Shown: in pieces, positions 15,522 through 23,972 of the stretch | Position numbering within the stretch: the stretch's first letter is position 1 | Layout: each line of letters begins with the position of its first letter | Virus record (IMG/VR): IMGVR_UViG_3300049046_000027 | Span: 1 to 31,097 of that record | Source: a virus | Lineage: Duplodnaviria > Caudoviricetes | Length of the DNA: 31,097 nucleotides | Reading direction: 5' to 3' (one strand) | Notes under the pieces: generated by a model | Databases searched by the model: none | The model's input: only the letters and a program-made list of their open reading frames with translations | Told to the model about the DNA's origin: nothing | Program-made: the position numbers and the translations under genes

Positions 15522-16706
15522 TTGGCTAGTTTAGAAGGTTTACACCCATATGTAAAAGCAAAAGCAGAAGAGCTTATTGCAAATGCGAACAAACGGTTAA
15601 CAGGAAACTATAAAATCATGATTACACAAGGTCTTCGTACTAAAGCAGCGCAGAATGATCTTTATGCGCAAGGGCGTACGCAGGCGCAGCTTAACGCTGT
15701 AGGTTTAAGTAATGTGAAAGCTAAACCTAGTATGCAGAAAGTAACAAATGCTCGTGGCGGATATTCAATGCATAACTACGGCTTAGCGATCGACTTTGCA
15801 CTGAAGTCTACAGACGGTAAAGACGTGACTTGGGAAATGAATAAAGATTTCGATGGTGACGGAAAAGCAGACTGGATGGAAGTTGTAGAAGAAGCTAAAA
15901 AATTAGGCTTCGAATGGGGCGGAGATTGGAAGAGTTTTAAAGACTACCCTCACTTCCAAATGACTGCGGGATTAACGGACAAGCAAGTGTATAGCGGTTT
16001 AGTACCTAAGTTCCCTACTTATAAACCAGGTACAACGTCTGTAACACCGCCAGTTAACACTCCTGGAATCTATCGCAAAGGTGATTCTGGATCAGAGGTT
16101 AAGAAGTTCCAACAAGAGCTATTAACACTAGGTTACAAGCTTCCTAAGTTTGGTGCAGATGGTCAGTATGGTGACGAAATGGTTGCAGCTGTTAAAGCGT
16201 TCCAGAAAGACAACGGGTTGGCATCAGACGGAATTATCGGTAAAGACACATCTACTATGCTTGCTAGCCGTGTCTTAGCTTCTCAAGTACCTAAACAAGA
16301 GGACTTACCGGCAGTAAACAGCTTAGGTGATAAGTACTCATTCCAAGTAAAAGCATTAAAAGACATCAACGTGTATAAATATGCAAACTTAACTGGTGTC
16401 TTCCGTACCCTAACGAAAGATACAATCTTCTCCGTTTACGGTTACACAGCAGATGGTAAGGCTTATGCGGTTCCTGGTGGCTTTGTATCGGCTAAAGAAG
16501 TAGAACCTTTATTCGTTACAATCACTACAGGCGGCTTATCTGAAACAATGGAAGCTGAGTTCCGCGCATTCCTTAAAGAGCAAAAGATCGGATCACAGCT
16601 TAACGTTTATGTTACAGGTAACCCAAGCTCTACGATTGAAACGGCTGGAATGGATTTAGTAACAGTTAAGAAGTTTTTAGATCAAAAAGGTTGGTATTAT
16701 AAGTAA
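15522..16706 (+). CDS. Endolysin: M15 L-Ala-D-Glu peptidase plus PG_binding_1 and further C-terminal cell-wall-binding region(s)
   Basis: ITQGLRT..Q..LYAQGRT, SMHNYGLAID, WGGDW..DYPHFQ; GADGQYG..AVKAFQKDNGL..DGIIG. Confidence 0.92.
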   Translation: MASLEGLHPYVKAKAEELIANANKRLTGNYKIMITQGLRTKAAQNDLYAQGRTQAQLNAVGLSNVKAKPSMQKVTNARGGYSMHNYGLAIDFALKSTDGKDVTWEMNKDFDGDGKADWMEVVEEAKKLGFEWGGDWKSFKDYPHFQMTAGLTDKQVYSGLVPKFPTYKPGTTSVTPPVNTPGIYRKGDSGSEVKKFQQELLTLGYKLPKFGADGQYGDEMVAAVKAFQKDNGLASDGIIGKDTSTMLASRVLASQVPKQEDLPAVNSLGDKYSFQVKALKDINVYKYANLTGVFRTLTKDTIFSVYGYTADGKAYAVPGGFVSAKEVEPLFVTITTGGLSETMEAEFRAFLKEQKIGSQLNVYVTGNPSSTIETAGMDLVTVKKFLDQKGWYYK

Positions 16707-16713
16707 TAAGTAG

Positions 16714-16743
16714 AAGGCACTCCTTACGGGGCGCCTTTTTTTT
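16714..16743 (+). terminator. Intrinsic terminator
   Basis: AAGGCACTCC-TTAC-GGGGCGCCTT plus a T run. Confidence 0.85.
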
Positions 16744-16752
16744 ATTTTCTTA

Positions 16753-16787
16753 TTGACAATCTCTAACATATAGTGTAAATTAGAGAT
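16753..16787 (+). promoter_or_regulatory. Sigma-A promoter overlapped by the inverted repeat ATCTCTAA/TTAGAGAT
   Basis: TTGACA-17-TAAATT; IR arms at 16759-16766 and 16780-16787. Confidence 0.65.
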
Positions 16788-16794
16788 AAGCCAG

Positions 16795-16850
16795 ATAGAC
16801 GATAACCGTCCTCCCAACGGTGTCTATAGAGCTTTAACCTCCCGTAAAGT
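16795..16850 (+). ncRNA. Two tandem hairpins each exposing CCTCCC (candidate sRNA or leader)
   Basis: ATAGAC..ACCGT-CCTCCCA-ACGGT-GTCTAT and GCTTTA-ACCTCCCG-TAAAGT. Confidence 0.5.
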
Positions 16851-16904
16851 ATGGTATAATAAAGATAACAAACAACATACATCTTTATAGAAGGAGTCGC
16901 TGTT

Positions 16905-17600
16905 ATGGTACCTGAAAAACCTTTGGATTTTAGCAAACTTACAAGTAATGAATTTCCTCTTATTAAGCGGTTAGATCACCAACAAGAGGATATGGTTGTT
17001 AAACTGTTTAAGAAGAAACGAGTTATAGTGGACGCTAAGGCAGGTTCAGGTAAAACCACTGTAATGACTCAAGCCATGAAAGCACTCCAAGACAAGAATT
17101 ACATAAAAACAATTTATTATGTGTTATTCCCAGTTCAAGAGAAGTCTCTAGGATTTATGCCTGGTGGTTTATCGGACAAGATTAAAGAATATGCTGTACC
17201 TTTCATAGATGCACTAACAGATGCAGGAGCTAACCCGCAGGAGTTAATTCTCGAGGATATGTGTAACCCGCTTGTTATGGGTGACTTTAAGATCGTACCT
17301 CACACTTTCTTACGTGGACGAACTATTAAAGAAGCAGGTATTATTATCGATGAGATTCAAAACGGTACCTTAGACGAGGTAAAAAAGACACTAACTCGTG
17401 TAGATGATAGCTGCTATGTGGCTATGACAGGTCATAATGGACAGCAGGATATTAAGAACTCAGGTTTTTCAGCAGTTAAACACCATTTCAAACAGGGTGT
17501 AGAGTCCGGGGAGTTCCCAGAAATCGCATTCGCAGAACTTTCTGTAAATTATCGTGGAGCCTTCTCGACGTTCTCTGATAAGCTAGGTGAATTAAAGTAA
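16905..17600 (+). CDS. phoH: PhoH-family ATPase
   Basis: AGSGKT, LGFMPG, FLRGRT, IIIDEIQN, LTRV, GHNGQQD. Confidence 0.93.
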   Translation: MVPEKPLDFSKLTSNEFPLIKRLDHQQEDMVVKLFKKKRVIVDAKAGSGKTTVMTQAMKALQDKNYIKTIYYVLFPVQEKSLGFMPGGLSDKIKEYAVPFIDALTDAGANPQELILEDMCNPLVMGDFKIVPHTFLRGRTIKEAGIIIDEIQNGTLDEVKKTLTRVDDSCYVAMTGHNGQQDIKNSGFSAVKHHFKQGVESGEFPEIAFAELSVNYRGAFSTFSDKLGELK

Positions 17601-17612
17601 GGAGGGAAATAA

Positions 17613-18320
17613 GTGACTATGGATAATGTGACTGAAATTTATTCACAATTCAAACAAGTAGAGAAGCGACTAGAAGCTATTCGTAGCCTATACGGAAAGG
17701 CTAAAGAGCTTGAAGAGATTACAGGGGAAAGTGCTGTATTTACCGAAGAGGCTTATAAGCTTCTGGACGCAGCCCGAGAATTTGTAAGGTTAGTCGAAGA
17801 GTCAGATACTAACCTAGACCCTGAAAAGACAAAGTTAGAAGGTGTAGACAAGTTCTTTGAGGGTCACGAAGCCACTGAATTTGTCAACAACGCTATCAAT
17901 GAGGTATATAATTCACAGGGAGTATGTGATAACGCTCCTTGTAAAGCGGAAGATGCGAACTGTTGCCAGAATGAGAAACAAGAGTATGGTGAGAACGAGA
18001 TCCACGATCACCTTTTCGAAGGGCTATGCTGGTGCGGATTCAAACGTAGGTTAAAGAAGATGGGTTTAACAACATATACTGCCCCTATCTCCGCTTACAT
18101 GCTTAGTAGTATTGAAGCTACTAAAGATGTAGAAGGTAATTGCTTTATCTGTGATGCCCGGAGGCAGAACCAATCAGCTGTAGACGAGCTTATGAAAGGT
18201 AATGAGGTTACGTCAGTGATTCTACGAGCTACTGATCCGATAGAACCTTTTGTTAGGCCAAACCCAGGTTGTAAACTTGTTTGTACGAGAAACCACTGTT
18301 CTTGTGAAGACGGATGGTAA
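17613..18320 (+). CDS. Hypothetical protein with a helical N-terminus and Cys-rich C-terminal half
   Basis: 235 aa, RBS AAGGAGG. Confidence 0.75.
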   Translation: MTMDNVTEIYSQFKQVEKRLEAIRSLYGKAKELEEITGESAVFTEEAYKLLDAAREFVRLVEESDTNLDPEKTKLEGVDKFFEGHEATEFVNNAINEVYNSQGVCDNAPCKAEDANCCQNEKQEYGENEIHDHLFEGLCWCGFKRRLKKMGLTTYTAPISAYMLSSIEATKDVEGNCFICDARRQNQSAVDELMKGNEVTSVILRATDPIEPFVRPNPGCKLVCTRNHCSCEDGW

Positions 18321-18329
18321 TAACGATTA

Positions 18330-18357
18330 AAGCAGTCTCCTAGTGGGCTGCTTTTTT
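18330..18357 (+). terminator. Intrinsic terminator
   Basis: AAGCAGTC-loop-GGCTGCTT-TTTT. Confidence 0.85.
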
Positions 18358-18377
18358 AAAAGAAAGGATGAATAAAT

Positions 18378-18941
18378 ATGCGTATTTACCTAGATCTGGA
18401 ATTTACTGGATTACACCAGCATACCACGTTAATTAGTATCGGTATTAAGGCCGCTAACGGTAAGCGATTCTACGCAGAGAGCACATCTTATGATCCGAGC
18501 CAAGTAGACGATTGGATTAAAGATAATGTTATCAATAACTTAGTATTTAGTAGTACAGAGGACTTTGCACAACATTTAGGGGATTATACATATGTGAAAG
18601 GCCCTGAAGATAAGATTGCAGACGAGTTAGCTAAATGGTTAACCCAGTTCGATCAAGTAGAGATTTGGAGTGACTGTCTAGCATACGATATGGTGCTGTT
18701 TAATGAGCTGTTTGGTGGGGCACTTAATATCCCGAGCAATGTATACTACATTTACTACGATATCTGTACCTTGTTCAAGATGTTTGGTATAGACCCTGAT
18801 ATTAGCCGAGAAGCCTTTATCGATAAACCGATTAAAGGGGCTAAGCATTCAGCACTCTACGATGCAGAAGTTATCGAGGCTTGTTACGATAAACTAGCTC
18901 GTAACAAGGACTTATACCCGTTTAAGTTAGAGTTAAACTAA
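18378..18941 (+). CDS. DEDDh 3'-5' exo(ribo)nuclease, Rv2179c/RNase AS-like
   Basis: IYLDLEFTG, LISIG, AYDMV, HSALYDA. Confidence 0.88.
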   Translation: MRIYLDLEFTGLHQHTTLISIGIKAANGKRFYAESTSYDPSQVDDWIKDNVINNLVFSSTEDFAQHLGDYTYVKGPEDKIADELAKWLTQFDQVEIWSDCLAYDMVLFNELFGGALNIPSNVYYIYYDICTLFKMFGIDPDISREAFIDKPIKGAKHSALYDAEVIEACYDKLARNKDLYPFKLELN

Positions 18942-18968
18942 AAAGTTCAGAAAATTTTATAAATCATA

Positions 18969-18997
18969 TTGACAAGCTTTACCACATATACTATACT
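18969..18997 (+). promoter_or_regulatory. Sigma-A promoter
   Basis: TTGACA-17-TATACT. Confidence 0.85.
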
Positions 18998-19054
18998 ATG
19001 GTTACAGAGGTTGACACAAGGTAAACAACAGCCTCTAAAAAAGGAGGAAACACA

Positions 19055-19399
19055 TTGAGCGTGAACCAACACAATTATATTCTAATCGGAGCTAAAGTAG
19101 ATCCGAAGGTAGTTACAGAAGAGATTTACGAGAGTGAAGAGTTTGAAATGTTAAACTGGGCCGGTCAGCATAAAGCAGGAGAGCTAGCATACCTCTACGA
19201 CGCTATGAACAGTGACTACTTTATCGTGGGAGTTCCACTACTCGTAGACCATCACTGTTACAACGGTTTCCCAGTATACGAGCACAATCCAAACGAGTTC
19301 GCGCAAGTAATGCTCGCACATAAAGTTAAGGAGCATGTTAAAGAAAAATTCAACCAGGAAGTAGAACCAAAGCTAATTGTTATGACGCATTTTGTATAA
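19055..19399 (+). CDS. Hypothetical protein
   Basis: RBS AAGGAGG, TTG start, 114 aa. Confidence 0.8.
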   Translation: MSVNQHNYILIGAKVDPKVVTEEIYESEEFEMLNWAGQHKAGELAYLYDAMNSDYFIVGVPLLVDHHCYNGFPVYEHNPNEFAQVMLAHKVKEHVKEKFNQEVEPKLIVMTHFV

Positions 19400-19430
19400 G
19401 AGGTAAATAAATTAAACTATAAGGAGGGAG

Positions 19431-19688
19431 TTGATGATGGCTTCCGGAGCGAGAACTAAAACAAAACAAACATTCCTACAGTGTCCTTGTTGCGGTACTG
19501 TAACATCGATACACAGAAAGATTGGTAGACTAAAAGAAATGGAACATATTAAGGATCTATGGTGTTATAAGTGCCAGGATACAACAAAACAGATAGAGGT
19601 GAAAGAAACAGTATTTGTACCTACTTGGGTTGCGGAATTCCAAGCACAATTTATCATAGACGACGAAGAACAGGAGGGGTTAATGTGA
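19431..19688 (+). CDS. Zinc-ribbon protein
   Basis: CPCCG ... HIKDLWCYKC; RBS AAGGAGG. Confidence 0.8.
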   Translation: MMMASGARTKTKQTFLQCPCCGTVTSIHRKIGRLKEMEHIKDLWCYKCQDTTKQIEVKETVFVPTWVAEFQAQFIIDDEEQEGLM

Positions 19689-19867
19689 AGATGACGGTAT
19701 CCTTATCGGAGAAAGAAGTACAGGAGATCATTGAAGAGCATTTGTGTAAAAAGTTCCACAGTGTAGGTGAAGTACATTTAGAGGTAGGTAAACAGTTGAA
19801 GGGTCATTATACTGGTGAACATTATGAAGCCGTATTTAAACAGGCGACTTGCGAGGTAGAAGTCTAA
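19685..19867 (+). CDS. Small hypothetical protein
   Basis: RBS AGGAGG, GTG start overlapping the upstream stop (GTGA). Confidence 0.7.
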   Translation: MKMTVSLSEKEVQEIIEEHLCKKFHSVGEVHLEVGKQLKGHYTGEHYEAVFKQATCEVEV

Positions 19868-19881
19868 AAGGAGGTGTTGTA

Positions 19882-20037
19882 ATGGCGAAGAAAAAGAAGC
19901 TAATGTATCCTAGCAGATGCAACAAATGCAATAAAGAGACGGAGCGAGATAAACAAGGTAATTATGAAGTAATTAAGATGGATTGTCCTTGCGGAGGCCG
20001 CATTGTAACAGATTTCTCAAAACCATACTATGAATAA
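19882..20037 (+). CDS. Small zinc-finger protein
   Basis: RBS AAGGAGGT; CNKC ... CPCGG. Confidence 0.75.
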   Translation: MAKKKKLMYPSRCNKCNKETERDKQGNYEVIKMDCPCGGRIVTDFSKPYYE

Positions 20038-20058
20038 TACAGACAAGGAGACGATATA

Positions 20059-20931
20059 ATGCATGCAGATTTAATTTATAAGGAATTAGTAGAAAAGATT
20101 TTAACAGAAGGAGAGGTAAGAGGAGACCGTACAGGTACCGGCACTATCTCATTATTTGGTGAACAGATGGTATTTGACCTGAAAGAAGGTTTCCCTCTCC
20201 TAACTACAAAGAAACTAGCTCTACGAGTTATTTTCGAAGAATTGAAATGGTTCCTATCAGGAAGCACAAACTTAAAAGATTTATTGGATAACAACGTGCA
20301 TATTTGGACAGACGATGCATATAGATTCTATATAGAAGGCGGTGGACAACTCCCTAAAGGAGAATTCATCGAGATGGTTAAACAAGAAGGGTTCGACATG
20401 GGGCCTATCTACGGAAAACAATTCCGCAGCTGGGGCGCTGATTGGGGTGAAACAGTAGACCAAGTAGCTGAGGTCATCAACTCAATCAAGAATGATCCAG
20501 AGTCACGTAGACATCTTATTACGATGTACAACCCGAGCGTACTTAAACGTATTACACTTCCACCTTGTCATATGGGCGTACAGTTCTACGTCTCAAAACG
20601 AGGATTAAGCTGTAAGATGAATCAGCGTTCAGCGGATATTTTCTTGGGTGAACCTTACAACATGGCGTCTTATGCATTGTTGGTACATTTAATCGCTAAG
20701 ATGGTTGGATTAGAAGTAGACAAACTAATTATTACTCTAGGTGACAGCCACGCGTACCTTAACCATATCGAACAGCTTAAAGAGCAACTATCAAGAGAGC
20801 CAAGACCGATGCCTAAACTTAACATCAAGAAGGTACATAACAACATTGAGGACTATATGTTTGACGACATTGAACTAATCGGTTATGATCCTCACGACGC
20901 TATCAAAGGTAAATTATCAGTAGGCTTATAA
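20059..20931 (+). CDS. thyA: Thymidylate synthase
   Basis: DRTGTGT, FPLLTTKK, LPPCH, QRSADIFLG, HAYLNH. Confidence 0.97.
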   Translation: MHADLIYKELVEKILTEGEVRGDRTGTGTISLFGEQMVFDLKEGFPLLTTKKLALRVIFEELKWFLSGSTNLKDLLDNNVHIWTDDAYRFYIEGGGQLPKGEFIEMVKQEGFDMGPIYGKQFRSWGADWGETVDQVAEVINSIKNDPESRRHLITMYNPSVLKRITLPPCHMGVQFYVSKRGLSCKMNQRSADIFLGEPYNMASYALLVHLIAKMVGLEVDKLIITLGDSHAYLNHIEQLKEQLSREPRPMPKLNIKKVHNNIEDYMFDDIELIGYDPHDAIKGKLSVGL

Positions 20932-20962
20932 GTAATATACACAATTTAAGGGGGAACTAAAC

Positions 20963-21556
20963 ATGAAAGAATTAAAAATTGCTTTAACAGGAAAAATTAG
21001 AAGTGGTAAGTCGTCTATCCAAAAGCATTTAGTAGACAAACATGAGATGACGGCCTTTGCTTTTGGGACAGAGTTAAAGAATGGTTTCCATGCAGAAAAT
21101 CCGGACATCCCTCGTTACCCTAAACCAGTTACAGGCTATCAAACATACGGAGAAGGTAAACGTATGACAGATGGAGAGAATATTTGGGTAGACAAGTGTT
21201 TCGCAGAGATTGACCGTATTCGCACAGCAGCTATTAACTATAACATTGTGGGGTCAGAGAATCCGTTTATGCCTCTGGTTACAGACTTACGCCAGCCGCA
21301 TGAGTACAAGCGCTTATTAGAAGAGGGCTATATCATTATCCGTGTATCAGCTCCTCTAGAAGTGCGTAAAGAACGTGCTGCAGCTAAAGGTGACAATATT
21401 TCGGACGAGAACTTTGCATTTGACACAGAGACTCATGTAGACACATTTGACGTGGATTACGATATCATGAATGACGGTACATTAGAGGAGCTTCTTTGGG
21501 AAGTGGATATGGTTATGCTAGCGATCCATGAAAAAAGAAAAGTCTCTAACTTATAA
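20963..21556 (+). CDS. Deoxynucleoside monophosphate kinase
   Basis: IALTGKIRSGKS P-loop, VTDLRQPHE, IMNDGTLEEL. Confidence 0.85.
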   Translation: MKELKIALTGKIRSGKSSIQKHLVDKHEMTAFAFGTELKNGFHAENPDIPRYPKPVTGYQTYGEGKRMTDGENIWVDKCFAEIDRIRTAAINYNIVGSENPFMPLVTDLRQPHEYKRLLEEGYIIIRVSAPLEVRKERAAAKGDNISDENFAFDTETHVDTFDVDYDIMNDGTLEELLWEVDMVMLAIHEKRKVSNL

Positions 21557-21564
21557 AAAAGTTA

Positions 21565-21593
21565 TTGACAAGCTATAGCTAGTCTGGTAGACT
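21565..21593 (+). promoter_or_regulatory. Sigma-A promoter
   Basis: TTGACA-17-TAGACT with extended TG. Confidence 0.7.
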
Positions 21594-21622
21594 TAGAGTA
21601 TACCAAGAGAGGAGGTTATAAC

Positions 21623-22114
21623 TTGCATGTATCACTAATAGCAGCAATGGATAAGGAGAGGGGCATTGGTAAAGACAACAGGCTCCTCTGGCATATAAAA
21701 GAAGACTTTAACTGGTTTAAGCAGCATACGAAGAACAAAGTAGTCATAATGGGCAGGAACACATATGAGTCTCTACCTAACGGGCCACTTCCGAAACGAC
21801 TAAACGTAGTCCTTACATCTGATCCAGATTATAAACCGCACCCAGACGTACTCGTAAGAAATAGCCTGTACAAGGTGTTTGTAGAATTTAGAAATGAAAT
21901 AGAGCTTATGGTTATAGGAGGCGCTACCTTATACAAGCAGTGCCTACCTATCGCTAACCGTATCTACCTTACTGAAATAGACAAAGCTTTCGACGCAGAT
22001 ACATACTTCCCTGAATTTGATACGGAACTATGGAACCGCTACTTCCACCAAGAAGGTACAGAAGATGTTGGTTTCAGCTACAGTTTTAACGTATATAATA
22101 AAAAACTAATATGA
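21623..22114 (+). CDS. folA: Dihydrofolate reductase
   Basis: GIGKDNRLLWH, VIMGRNTYESL, PLPKRLNVVL, VIGGATLY, ADTYFP. Confidence 0.96.
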   Translation: MHVSLIAAMDKERGIGKDNRLLWHIKEDFNWFKQHTKNKVVIMGRNTYESLPNGPLPKRLNVVLTSDPDYKPHPDVLVRNSLYKVFVEFRNEIELMVIGGATLYKQCLPIANRIYLTEIDKAFDADTYFPEFDTELWNRYFHQEGTEDVGFSYSFNVYNKKLI

Positions 22115-22134
22115 TTCCTAGGGAGGAAAATGAT

Positions 22135-22920
22135 ATGTTATACATTCATGATGTTTGGGTTAACTGGTTCGATGGAGCTATTAAAGGTCACGAGGTACCG
22201 GAGTTTGAAGCTTGGAGAAAGACAGACAATGTAGAGCTACTAGATCAGTCGCCATTACTATATGTTACAGAAGAGTTGTTCGATTACGTGGAGAACGGAA
22301 TGGGTAAGATCCCAGAGGAAATGTTAAAGGCTATCCACGAACGAGGTTATATTCGCAAAAACCATGAAAGAATCAAGGTAGACTATATGGCTGTTATGAC
22401 AGATGGGTTACGCACACTGGTATTCGATACAGATGGTTGGGATTTTCCAGCTAAGAAAAGCCGTTTAATCCCTCGCCAATATCAGTTAGTACTTGAGATG
22501 ATCGAAGGCAGCGAACCTACAGACTTTGGAGCTACCTTTGTAACAGAAAAAGAAGAGGAAACAGTAGAAGCTAGAATCCTTAACATCACGGACGTACATA
22601 CGCTAGGTTTAACACGTAGAGAAAGAGAAATGAAAGAAATCTTAATGGACTGCTTGTACCAACTAAGCCAATCAGAAAGTATTGAAGAGGTACGCTACTG
22701 GTATACAGAGCTATTCCCTGGATCAATGATTGATATCACAACAGAGAATTGGACAATCGATCAAATGGTATTAGACATGCACGATCACTTATCAGAAGGA
22801 TGGGATGAGCAGCACGAGGATATCGGCCTTAAGCTGACTAGATACTTCCTTTACGATGAAGAGTGGGCAGAACTGCATGCAGCACGAGTTACTAAAGTAG
22901 ATAGAAGCACTTCACGATAA
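22135..22920 (+). CDS. yjbA: YjbA/MdfA family (DUF3603) protein, homolog of the Bacillus sporulation ClpC adaptor
   Basis: MLYIHDVWVNWF, WRK.D.VELLDQ.PLL, YIRKNHER, KSRLIPRQ, GLTR.ER and YWYTE match the YjbA sequence as recalled; RBS GGGAGG favours ATG 22135. Confidence 0.85.
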   Translation: MLYIHDVWVNWFDGAIKGHEVPEFEAWRKTDNVELLDQSPLLYVTEELFDYVENGMGKIPEEMLKAIHERGYIRKNHERIKVDYMAVMTDGLRTLVFDTDGWDFPAKKSRLIPRQYQLVLEMIEGSEPTDFGATFVTEKEEETVEARILNITDVHTLGLTRREREMKEILMDCLYQLSQSESIEEVRYWYTELFPGSMIDITTENWTIDQMVLDMHDHLSEGWDEQHEDIGLKLTRYFLYDEEWAELHAARVTKVDRSTSR

Positions 22921-22931
22921 GGAGGAGCCGT

Positions 22932-23228
22932 ATGAGTTATGCTGACGATATAATAGATCAATCACTGTACGAAGATGGTCTAAGGCAATGTCGAGACGGC
23001 CTAGACACCACAGAGAGTGAAGTTGTCTGGGCTTATTTATACAAACGTCCGTTAGAGTTAGTGTTAAAGGATACGAGAGAGGTGCTAGAGAGCCTCTCCC
23101 CAGCTTTAAGAGAAGGGCGACTTCCCGTAACTGCACATAGCATCTTTATTCAAGGTATAGCAGGTAGAAAGCTAACTGATAAGCAAATAAACGCACTAGG
23201 GTTGTTTATAACCCGATATGGCGATTAA
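22932..23228 (+). CDS. Hypothetical protein
   Basis: RBS AAGGAGG, 98 aa. Confidence 0.75.
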   Translation: MSYADDIIDQSLYEDGLRQCRDGLDTTESEVVWAYLYKRPLELVLKDTREVLESLSPALREGRLPVTAHSIFIQGIAGRKLTDKQINALGLFITRYGD

Positions 23229-23230
23229 CC

Positions 23231-23297
23231 CTCTCTAAAAGCTATATTATAGTAGAGTCTTTATACTAGGAGACCTACTATAATATGCAGCAGGGAG
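23231..23297 (+). promoter_or_regulatory. Late-promoter-containing hairpin covering the RBS of the HNH gene
   Basis: IR ATATTATAGTAG (23244-23255) / CTACTATAATAT (23275-23286), extended by CTCTCT/AGGGAG; AGCTATATTA at 23240. Confidence 0.6.
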
Positions 23298-23307
23298 AGA
23301 CGTACAA

Positions 23308-23637
23308 ATGGCATCAGAGTACAGAGAACGAGGACTAAGCAATTATGGCAGCAAATGTGAAATCTGCGGATTTGGTCTTGTAGAGGTTCATCACCTCGAT
23401 TATCAGGAGCACCAAGCAGTAGAAGACCGGCTTCGCAAGGCAGTTAAAAAGAATCAAGACATTACGGAGTTACTAGCGGAGGCACGTAAGAAAGGTTACC
23501 TATTCTGGGACGGCCACCAATTAGAGAAGGATAACAGATCAACTAACCTATCCGTCCTATGTGGTAACTGTCACACGCTGGTACACCGTATTGATTGTGG
23601 TTTGAAGCTGTTAAAGGCTTTACCACCTCGTAAATAA
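23308..23637 (+). CDS. Small HNH-type endonuclease with a helical insertion
   Basis: CEICG, VEVHHLD ... DNRSTNLSVLCGNCHTLVH. Confidence 0.8.
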   Translation: MASEYRERGLSNYGSKCEICGFGLVEVHHLDYQEHQAVEDRLRKAVKKNQDITELLAEARKKGYLFWDGHQLEKDNRSTNLSVLCGNCHTLVHRIDCGLKLLKALPPRK

Positions 23638-23667
23638 GGGTAACTAAAAAAAAGGAGGAAAATTAAA

Positions 23668-23922
23668 ATGGCACAATGTTCACTATGTACTAATACAGGG
23701 TATAAACACGTTATCGATATTCAAGGGCAGCACTACGATATTACTGAAAGTGAGGAGCCTATCTACCACTCGATTTCGGATAGCGATAGCTCTTTCGCAG
23801 TATGTCATCCTTGCTCAGACAAGATTATGGAGGCTCGAGGTGTTTCGTTCTTACGAGATTATTTGTATAAGAAAGAGAAGCCTGTTAAGGTTCAAAATGG
23901 GGTTATGGTCTTTAGTAGTTAG
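23668..23922 (+). CDS. Small zinc-binding hypothetical protein
   Basis: CSLC ... CHPC; RBS AAGGAGG. Confidence 0.75.
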   Translation: MAQCSLCTNTGYKHVIDIQGQHYDITESEEPIYHSISDSDSSFAVCHPCSDKIMEARGVSFLRDYLYKKEKPVKVQNGVMVFSS

Positions 23923-23972
23923 TGTTAAGAATTTTTTAAACAACTTTTAACTGGAAGGAGCTAAAATAGTTT

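Noticed and set aside
11726-20931. Introns or inteins in terL and thyA
   Set aside because: Both ORFs are uninterrupted and of normal length
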